A stretch of DNA of 16,132 nt. Origin: Fidelibacterota bacterium. Its GTDB lineage: Bacteria; Fidelibacterota; Marinisomatia; Marinisomatales; TCS55. This document shows positions 7,969-15,063 of the stretch, piece after piece; within the stretch, counting starts at the first letter, position 1, and the number at the start of each line of letters is the position of its first letter. The DNA is taken from contig JAPNQO010000038.1 in assembly GCA_027251445.1 (NCBI GenBank), positions 1 to 16,132 on the forward strand, given 5' to 3'. The notes below the pieces were generated by a model that saw nothing but the letters and a program-made list of their open reading frames with translations, was not told the DNA's origin and did no database searches. The position numbers and the translations under genes were made by a program.

Positions 7969-9234
7969 TTAATGATTTTTAAGACTATTTACTAATATAT
8001 CAACACCCTCATTAAGGGTATTATCATTAATAGTAAGAGGCATTAAGGTCCGTATGACATTCCCAAATGTCCCTGAAGTAATCATTATTAGACCATTTTC
8101 AAGAGCTTTTTTATGTATACGGTTAGTCCGTTCTTTATCAGGATCTCCTGTTTTCTCATCGACAATTTCAATTCCTATCATTGCACCAAGTCCTCTAATT
8201 TCTTTTATCCAAGGGCATTGTGGTATAATGCTTTCAATTTGAGACTTCAAAATATTACCTATTTTATTAGCTTTTTCTGCTAATTTTTCCTCTTCCATAA
8301 TTTCAAGGACTGCTAAAGCTGCTTCGCAAGAAACTGGATTCCCGCTATATGTTCCCCCTATACCACCGATATGAACGGAATCCATTATTTTTCTTTTTCC
8401 TACCACACCACTTAAAGGTAATCCTCCAGCAATAGATTTTGCCATGGTTATCATATCTGGTTCTATATCATATTGTTCAATTGCGAATAAAGATCCTGTT
8501 CTACAAAAACCGGTTTGTACTTCATCAGCAATTAATAATACTTCATTTTCAGTACAATACCTTTTTAGTTCTTTCATCCCTGATTTAGAAGCTGGAATAA
8601 ACCCACCTTCTCCAAGAACAGGCTCAATAACTGCACAAGCAATGTTTTCTGGATTAACTTTATCAAAGTTTATTTTGTTTTCATTATTTGGATAAGGTAG
8701 TGTATATACTTCAGGCGCAAATGGACCAAACCCTTTTTTATATGGATCTTCTTTATATGTCATAGACATAGTCATTAATGTCCTACCATGATATGCATGA
8801 CTAAATACTAAAACACCTTTTCTATTTGAATAAGATCTGGCTATTTTTACAGCATTCTCAACTGCTTCAGCGCCAGAGTTAAAAAAAGCAGCTTTACATT
8901 CCTCCTTTATTGGGACTAGACTAGACAATTTTTCAGCGAGTCTTATATAGCTTTCATAAGGAGCTACAGTAAAACAGGTATGTAAGTAATTATTAACCTG
9001 GTTATTAACTACCTCTGTTACTTTTGGATGTGAATGCCCAATATTAATGGTTCCAATCCCACCTGCAAAATCAATGAATACATTATCATCCACATCAGTT
9101 AATAAGGATCCTTCTCCTTTTTTTATATAAACATTGCAAACAGTTCCATGGCCTTGTGCTACACTATTGGATCTTCTTTCTGCCAAATCTAATGATCGAG
9201 GCCCAGGTATATTAGTTATTATCTTAACTGACAT
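7969..9234 (-). CDS. gabT: 4-aminobutyrate--2-oxoglutarate aminotransferase (class III PLP enzyme)
   Basis: FIDFAGGIG, NSGAEAVENAVKIAR, AYHGRT, YKKGFGPF, EPVLGEGGF, ADEVQTGFCRTG, MAKSIAGGLPL (PLP lysine) and GGTYSGNP. Confidence 0.92.
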   Translation of the reverse strand: MSVKIITNIPGPRSLDLAERRSNSVAQGHGTVCNVYIKKGEGSLLTDVDDNVFIDFAGGIGTINIGHSHPKVTEVVNNQVNNYLHTCFTVAPYESYIRLAEKLSSLVPIKEECKAAFFNSGAEAVENAVKIARSYSNRKGVLVFSHAYHGRTLMTMSMTYKEDPYKKGFGPFAPEVYTLPYPNNENKINFDKVNPENIACAVIEPVLGEGGFIPASKSGMKELKRYCTENEVLLIADEVQTGFCRTGSLFAIEQYDIEPDMITMAKSIAGGLPLSGVVGKRKIMDSVHIGGIGGTYSGNPVSCEAALAVLEIMEEEKLAEKANKIGNILKSQIESIIPQCPWIKEIRGLGAMIGIEIVDEKTGDPDKERTNRIHKKALENGLIMITSGTFGNVIRTLMPLTINDNTLNEGVDILVNSLKNH

Positions 9235-9330
9235 ATATCAATACTATTTATTAAATGAATTTACTTTTATTTTATATGATAAAATTTATCCAAAAGTTAT
9301 TAATGAATTATCACGTTATATTTATTTCAT

Positions 9331-9816
9331 ATGATTAAAAGCTATAGAAGAATATTTGGTTCAGGCCCCTCTGGAATATTTATTACAATCTTAATGTGGA
9401 TTATTGCTATACAAATCAGTTATTATTTTTCTATCCCTATGATGCGCATATCACCTTTGTTTCGAAATATTCTTATTATATTATTTACTATAGATGCAAC
9501 TATTCTAATTGTATGGAGTTTGATAGTTTTACCTCCTGCAACTAGAGGGAAAATATTTATTTTTAAAGGGCCTTATCAGTACGTCCGACACCCTTTATAT
9601 GCTGCATTTATTTGGAGTGGTACTGGAATTATATCAATGATTTATAAATCTTGGTTATTATTAATATTTATTATCCCAATTCATATTTTTTGGGTATGGC
9701 ATATACAAAAAGAGGAAGAATTTTTAATTAATAAGTTTGGTGTTGATTATGAGAATTATATGATAAAAACACCTCAATTTTTTCCAAAATACATTTCATC
9801 AAATGAGGAAGAATGA
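9331..9816 (+). CDS. Isoprenylcysteine carboxylmethyltransferase (ICMT/Ste14/PEMT) family membrane methyltransferase
   Basis: GPYQYVRHPLY and EEEFLINKFGVDYENYMIKTPQF motifs, with about 4 TM helices. Confidence 0.9.
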   Translation: MIKSYRRIFGSGPSGIFITILMWIIAIQISYYFSIPMMRISPLFRNILIILFTIDATILIVWSLIVLPPATRGKIFIFKGPYQYVRHPLYAAFIWSGTGIISMIYKSWLLLIFIIPIHIFWVWHIQKEEEFLINKFGVDYENYMIKTPQFFPKYISSNEEE

Positions 9817-10847
9817 AAAATTACTGGATAATTTTATTATTTAGTTACGCAATAGCACAGGATACTACATTTAATTGCACTGGCTGGTCACAACTAACAT
9901 TCTCCGAGTATGTTATTGAAAACAATGTTTGGGGACAAGGAAATATCAATGATTTCACACAATGTATTTATCGCACTGGAAGTGAAGATAATACACATTT
10001 TGGTTGGAATTGGAATTGGCCAAACGTTAATAATAATGTTAAGTCATATCCGGAAGTAATATATGGTAAGAAGCCTTGGAGCAGTAGTTCAACAAGTCAA
10101 GCCTTACCAATAAAAATTGAAAATATTGATCAAATGTATGTTGATTATGATTTAAATATTAGTGCAAACGGTTCTTATAATTTAGCATTTGAGTTTTGGG
10201 TAACAACAGACTCTATGTCATCGGAAACTGGTATTACAACAGAGGTTATGATTTGGATGGATAGAAATATTATCAATCCTGCAGGCGATATGATTGCTTC
10301 AGTAATTTTTGATGGGTTTGAATATAAAGTTTATAGGGCAAACTGGGATTCTTGGACATATATTGCATTTTTATCGATAGAAACCCAGTATAGCGGGACT
10401 TTAGCAGTACATAATTTTGTTCATTATCTTGTAGATGAAGGCTTATTAGACTCACAAGAATATTTTGCAGATTTTGAGATGGGGAATGAGGTAATTTATG
10501 GAACAGGGCAAACAGATATTCAAAAATATGATGTATATGTAAATGCTAATCCTTTAATAATAAACACTCTAACTCATATTCCGAGCGAATATCACTTATC
10601 AAGTAATTATCCTAATCCATTTAATGCAAACACAAGAATTGATTTCTCTATACCTTATAAACAGTTTGTAAATATTAATGTATATGATACAAGAGGGAAT
10701 AAAGTTGCAACATTATTAAATGACAATTTATCAAAGGGGAATTATAATATTAATTGGACTGCATCCAATCATCCAAGTGGACTATATTTTTTGAGATTAG
10801 AATGTGAAAATTATAATAAGACTAATAAAATGCTATTATTAAAGTAA
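9813..10847 (+). CDS. Glycoside hydrolase family 12 endoglucanase with C-terminal T9SS type-A-like sorting domain
   Basis: Signal peptide, ENNVWG, SYPEVIYGKKPW, EVMIW (nucleophile Glu) and EMGNE (acid/base Glu). The C-terminus reads NYPNPFN...VYDTRGNKV...SGLYFLRL...KMLLLK. ATGA overlap with the upstream stop and GAGGA SD at 9805-9809. Confidence 0.88.
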   Translation: MKNYWIILLFSYAIAQDTTFNCTGWSQLTFSEYVIENNVWGQGNINDFTQCIYRTGSEDNTHFGWNWNWPNVNNNVKSYPEVIYGKKPWSSSSTSQALPIKIENIDQMYVDYDLNISANGSYNLAFEFWVTTDSMSSETGITTEVMIWMDRNIINPAGDMIASVIFDGFEYKVYRANWDSWTYIAFLSIETQYSGTLAVHNFVHYLVDEGLLDSQEYFADFEMGNEVIYGTGQTDIQKYDVYVNANPLIINTLTHIPSEYHLSSNYPNPFNANTRIDFSIPYKQFVNINVYDTRGNKVATLLNDNLSKGNYNINWTASNHPSGLYFLRLECENYNKTNKMLLLK

Positions 10848-10903
10848 TTTCAATTTATGATATTTAAATCCATACCATTTTTCTTCACCCAATAGGATTT
10901 ATA

Positions 10904-11794
10904 ATGAATGTTCTACGTACTCCAGATGAAAGATTTAAAAATTTATTGGATTATCCATTCAGTCCTAATTACACAAAATGTGAAAATGTTAGAATTCATT
11001 ATATCGATGAGGGAGAGTCAGTAGAGGAAGTTATATTATTAATACATGGTGAGCCGTCCTGGTCATACTTATATAGAAAAATGATACCTATTTTATCAGA
11101 TAATGGATATAGAGTTATTGCGCCTGATCTAGTAGGTTTTGGAAAATCTGATAAACTTATAAATCAGGAAGATTATACTTATAAGAAACATGTGGATTGG
11201 ATTACTAAATTTATAGAAAACTTAGAATTAATGAATATTACATTATTCTGTCAAGACTGGGGTGGATTAATTGGTTTAAGGATTGCTGCAGAACAAGAAG
11301 ATAGATTTAAACGTATTATTGCATCTAATACTTTTCTACCAACAGGAGACTATAAAGCGTCTAATGCATTTTTAAAATGGCAGGAATTTTCTCAAATAAC
11401 ACCGGTGTTTAATGTATCAAAAATAATTGCATCTGGGTGTGTTAGCAAGTTAAGTGAGGAAGTTCAAAAGGGATATGATGCACCTTTTCCAAATGAAAAT
11501 TATAAATCAGCAGCAAGAAGATTCCCTATGATAGTACCAACAGTACAAAATGATCCTGCATCAAAAGCAAACCGTAAAGCATGGGAAAAATTGAAACAAT
11601 GGCAGAAGCCTTTCTTAACAGCTTTTAGTGATTCTGATCCTATAACTAAAGGAGGAGATAGTATATTCCAAAAACTTATACCTGGTTGCAATGGAATGCC
11701 CCATAAAACTATTCAAAGTGCTGGTCATTTTTTGCAAGAGGATAGTGGTCCAGAATTAGCACAAATGATTGTAGACTTTATAGATAAATATTAA
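10904..11794 (+). CDS. dhmA: Haloalkane dehalogenase (alpha/beta hydrolase, HLD-I/DhmA-like)
   Basis: LRTPDERF N-terminus, HGEPSWSYLYRKM, APDLVGFGKSDK, CQDWGG (nucleophile Asp plus halide-binding Trp), FSDSDPI (acid) and GHFLQED (His). Confidence 0.9.
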   Translation: MNVLRTPDERFKNLLDYPFSPNYTKCENVRIHYIDEGESVEEVILLIHGEPSWSYLYRKMIPILSDNGYRVIAPDLVGFGKSDKLINQEDYTYKKHVDWITKFIENLELMNITLFCQDWGGLIGLRIAAEQEDRFKRIIASNTFLPTGDYKASNAFLKWQEFSQITPVFNVSKIIASGCVSKLSEEVQKGYDAPFPNENYKSAARRFPMIVPTVQNDPASKANRKAWEKLKQWQKPFLTAFSDSDPITKGGDSIFQKLIPGCNGMPHKTIQSAGHFLQEDSGPELAQMIVDFIDKY

Positions 11795-11853
11795 TTGATT
11801 TATATAAATTAGATAAGTAATTAAGAATACCTTTTGAGAATTATAAATTTGAA

Positions 11854-12444
11854 ATGAAAAATATTCCCCTTTTCCCATTAAATATTGTTGCACTTCCAAA
11901 AGAAAAAATACCTTTACATATATTTGAGCCTCGATATAAAAGAATGATTAAAAATAGCATTAAATCAGGGGATCCTTTTGGTATAGTTTTTCAAGATAAG
12001 GAAGGGCTTAAGAGTATTGGCTGCTCAGTAAAAATCATAAACGTGATTAAAGAATATCCTACTGGTGAATTTGATATTATTGTTGAAGGTCAAAACTGTT
12101 TTCATATTCAGAATAAGATTCAGGAGAATGATAATTTGTGGATTGGTACTATTTCGTTTTTCAAAGATGAGAAGCAAATTAATCAAAATTTATTAGATAA
12201 GATAAAAGATCAATATCTACATATTTTGTTAAAATTGGGAATTAATGAGGATATGGAACGTCATATTAATAAAAAAAGATCATTTGACTTTATAGAGTTC
12301 ATAAACCTTCCAAATAAAATAAAACAAGAACTTCTTGAAGAGAATCAAGAAAATAATAGACTTAAAATCATTAGTAAATTATTTACTGCTATTATGTCAA
12401 TTTCAAATTTTGGATCAAATGGGCAACAAATATCTGAAGCTTAG
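11854..12444 (+). CDS. Stand-alone Lon protease N-terminal (substrate-binding) domain protein
   Basis: IPLFPLNIVALPKEKIPLHIFEPRYKRMI...FGIV...KQELLE. There is no AAA+ or protease domain. Confidence 0.9.
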   Translation: MKNIPLFPLNIVALPKEKIPLHIFEPRYKRMIKNSIKSGDPFGIVFQDKEGLKSIGCSVKIINVIKEYPTGEFDIIVEGQNCFHIQNKIQENDNLWIGTISFFKDEKQINQNLLDKIKDQYLHILLKLGINEDMERHINKKRSFDFIEFINLPNKIKQELLEENQENNRLKIISKLFTAIMSISNFGSNGQQISEA

Positions 12445-12517
12445 AATTTATTTTTTACTAGAGTACATCATAGTTAGAGATCTATATTAAACCAATGAAA
12501 ATAATTAAAAATAAATA

Positions 12518-12522
12518 GAGGA
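12518..12522 (+). promoter_or_regulatory. Shine-Dalgarno site (GAGGA) for the 42-aa microprotein
   Basis: GAGGA ends 6 nt before ATG 12529. Confidence 0.6.
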
Positions 12523-12528
12523 AATAAA

Positions 12529-12657
12529 ATGCAAGATAAACGAACAAATAATGATAGAAGAAGTGATGCCAGAAGACAAGATGAACAGCAAACAAATAAT
12601 GATAAAAGGTCAGGCGATGATAGAAGAAAAGGAAAAGATAGAAGAGAGGGAGATTAA
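12529..12657 (+). CDS. Unannotated 42-aa highly charged microprotein with DRR repeats
   Basis: Manual translation gives MQDKRTNNDRRSDARRQDEQQTNNDKRSGDDRRKGKDRREGD*. It has a good SD site and fills an otherwise 287-nt intergenic gap. It is below the ORF-track length cutoff. Confidence 0.72.
   Translation: MQDKRTNNDRRSDARRQDEQQTNNDKRSGDDRRKGKDRREGD
12543..12604 (+). repeat. 14-bp direct repeat (AACAAATAATGATA) at a 48-nt period inside the microprotein gene
   Basis: Copies at 12543-12556 and 12591-12604 encode TNND-RR-S and TNND-KR-S. GATAGAAGA also recurs at 12553, 12619 and 12637. Confidence 0.75.
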
Positions 12658-12731
12658 TTAGTTAATAATATCCTTTTACTAAATCCAGAGTTACTAATCT
12701 TTATAATTAATTAATAATATTGTAGGTAATA

Positions 12732-15038
12732 TTGGTTCCTATGAGAAAAATATTTCAAATTATTTTTATTATAATTGGAGTATATCTACTACTCTTAATC
12801 ATACCAGTATCTTCATTAGATAAAAAGATGGGCGGTAATTATAATAATCTATATCAACTCACTTTTATTAATGATTTTTTTGGAACTATTACCTCTTCAG
12901 CTAATCTGATCAGAGGCTTTCCTAAAATGCCAGAACGAATAAATAATTCTGCGACATTAAAAAAGGAGGCGCTAGGTAAATTATTATATTTTGACCCATT
13001 GCTTTCAGGTGATAACAATGTATCCTGTGCTCATTGTCATCACCCTGACCTAGGTTTCACGGATAATAGAGAATTATCAATGGGGCATGGAGGAAAAGGT
13101 GTTGGCCAAAATCGAGTAGGAGGGGTAGTCTTACGTCGTAACTCTCCTACAATATGGAATTCTGGATATAATCATAAACAGTATTGGGATGGACGGGCAG
13201 ATGATCTTGAACATCAAGCTTCTTTTCCAATTCAAGATATGAATGAAATGGCGCAGAATAAAGATGAGCTTATTAAAGAGTTGTTGGATATTCCTGAATA
13301 TGTTCAATTATTTAATGAAGCTTTTGAAAATAGTGATAGAACAAAATCCATCACTTTTGAAAATGTTACATTTGCAATTGCTTCATTTGAAAAAACATTA
13401 ACTGCAAATAATACTCGCTTTGATCAATATGCTAAAGGAGATCATTCAGCCTTAAGCAAATCAGAAAGAAAAGGTTTAAATCTATTTCGTTCTTTAAAAA
13501 CAAGATGTTTTGAATGTCATAATTTTCCAACATTTAATAATCCTGATTTCAAAGCTATAGGTGTACCAAATATTAATAATACTGAATTGGATTTGGGTCG
13601 TGGAGAGATAGTAGGAAAGGGATATGAACATGCGTTTAAAGTACCAACATTAAGGAATATAGCTTTAACTGCTCCCTACATGCATAATGGTGTATTTAAA
13701 ACATTGGACGAAGTAGTGGATTTTTATGCAACCGGCGGTGGTAGGGCCCATGGATTCAAAGGGTCACAACTTGATGATAAAATAAGAAAGTTTGATTTAA
13801 CTCATGAAGAACGTGATGACTTGGTAGCATTCATGCATTCACTTACTGATGAATCAAATAAGCCCACTATTCCGATAAAAGTTCCCTCTTCTTTACCTGT
13901 TGTTTCATCTTTAGATAATCAGTCTTCTGAAGTGAAACGAAAAAAAATTGATTATGTTAAAACCGAAGAGATAAATATTGAGAGAATTGGAAAAAGATTA
14001 ATTATTAAACCTGGACAGAGCATCCAAGATGGAATAGAGATTGCAGAAGAAAATGATACAGTATTAGTGAGGTTTGGTGAATACTTCGAAACTCTCATGA
14101 TTGATAAATCAAATATCACAATAATGGGAGATGCTAAAAATGGAGATTTACCGGTATTAAATGGTAAGAATACATTACCAGATGCTGGAGTAGGTACTGG
14201 TAGCAACATAGAAATCAATAGTTTAATTATTAAGAATTATACAGCCAATGGTTTAATGTTAAACAGGTCAAGCGCTGTTACTTTCAGAAATATACATTGT
14301 GAGAACACCGGTTTGTACGGTTTATATCCTGTAGAATGTGTTGGTGTTCTTGTTGAAGATTGTAGTGTAACAGGAATTCGTGATGCTGGGATATATATTG
14401 GTCAATCTAAAGATATTGTAGTTAGAAATAATATTACATATGGAAATGTTACGGGGATTGAAATTGAAAATTCAGTTAATGCATTAGTTGAGAATAATGA
14501 AGTTTATGATAATGCGGGTGGGATTTTAGTATTTCTATTACCAAATAATCCATCAAAGGTCTCGCTAAATTGTAAAATCATAAATAATTATATATATGAA
14601 AATAATCATGTCAATTTTGGTGAGCCTGGATCAATTGTAAGCAATGTTCCACAGGGAACTGGTTTAATGATAATGGCTGGAGATAGCGTAGAAGTCACAG
14701 GCAATCGATTCCATGATAATCAATCCTTTGGTGCGGCCGTGATAGGATTGGACTTATTTTTTGGTAAAGATTTTGCTTATGATGTTGATCCTATTCCGGA
14801 TGCGTGCTGGTTGCATCAAAATGATTATAGGAATAATGGATATGATCCAGCTAAGATTGTCAAAGATTCTGGATTAGATGGGGCAGATTTGCTCTGGGAT
14901 GTAACTGGTTATAATAATAATTGGGATGAAAAGAATGTTACTAGTATTCCGCCAACTCTTCCCAATAAAAATTGGTCATGGATAGCAAGAAAAACAAACT
15001 TTAGGGTATGGAGATTTTTATTCAATATTTTTGGTTAA
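12732..15038 (+). CDS. Secreted or membrane-anchored di-heme cytochrome c peroxidase/MauG-family enzyme fused to a parallel beta-helix (TIGR03805-like) domain
   Basis: N-terminal hydrophobic helix (start TTG 12732 or ATG 12741). Di-heme part: LGKLLYFDPLLS, CAHCH (13026-13040), RNSPT, YWDGR, CFECH (13506-13520), FKVPTLRNIALTAPYMHNG. From about 14000: PGQSIQ, YGLYPVEC, DAGIYIGQS, NVTGIEIENS, GGILVFLLP, NFGEPGSIVSNVPQGTG. Confidence 0.9.
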   Translation: MVPMRKIFQIIFIIIGVYLLLLIIPVSSLDKKMGGNYNNLYQLTFINDFFGTITSSANLIRGFPKMPERINNSATLKKEALGKLLYFDPLLSGDNNVSCAHCHHPDLGFTDNRELSMGHGGKGVGQNRVGGVVLRRNSPTIWNSGYNHKQYWDGRADDLEHQASFPIQDMNEMAQNKDELIKELLDIPEYVQLFNEAFENSDRTKSITFENVTFAIASFEKTLTANNTRFDQYAKGDHSALSKSERKGLNLFRSLKTRCFECHNFPTFNNPDFKAIGVPNINNTELDLGRGEIVGKGYEHAFKVPTLRNIALTAPYMHNGVFKTLDEVVDFYATGGGRAHGFKGSQLDDKIRKFDLTHEERDDLVAFMHSLTDESNKPTIPIKVPSSLPVVSSLDNQSSEVKRKKIDYVKTEEINIERIGKRLIIKPGQSIQDGIEIAEENDTVLVRFGEYFETLMIDKSNITIMGDAKNGDLPVLNGKNTLPDAGVGTGSNIEINSLIIKNYTANGLMLNRSSAVTFRNIHCENTGLYGLYPVECVGVLVEDCSVTGIRDAGIYIGQSKDIVVRNNITYGNVTGIEIENSVNALVENNEVYDNAGGILVFLLPNNPSKVSLNCKIINNYIYENNHVNFGEPGSIVSNVPQGTGLMIMAGDSVEVTGNRFHDNQSFGAAVIGLDLFFGKDFAYDVDPIPDACWLHQNDYRNNGYDPAKIVKDSGLDGADLLWDVTGYNNNWDEKNVTSIPPTLPNKNWSWIARKTNFRVWRFLFNIFG

Positions 15039-15063
15039 TACCTATTAATCCAAGAAATATAAT

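Noticed and set aside
8054..9334. Plus-strand ORFs 8054-8242, 8444-8695 and 9134-9334
   Set aside because: Antisense to gabT, which has all its family motifs. The last ORF merely runs through the AT-rich intergenic region.
12495..12518. Tiny ORF MKIIKNK* just upstream of the microprotein
   Set aside because: Only 7 codons, no convincing SD site, and expected by chance in AT-rich DNA.
12543..12645. Repeats considered as a mini-CRISPR array
   Set aside because: The units are too short (9-14 bp), irregularly spaced and in frame with an ORF, and no cas genes are present.
12662..12720. Repeated TTAATAATAT upstream of the di-heme fusion
   Set aside because: A pure A/T 10-mer in a very AT-rich spacer, not distinguishable from background.
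12732..13860. Calling the di-heme domain mauG or mbnH
   Set aside because: No methylamine dehydrogenase or MbnP genes are in the window and the architecture differs, so only family-level assignment is supported.
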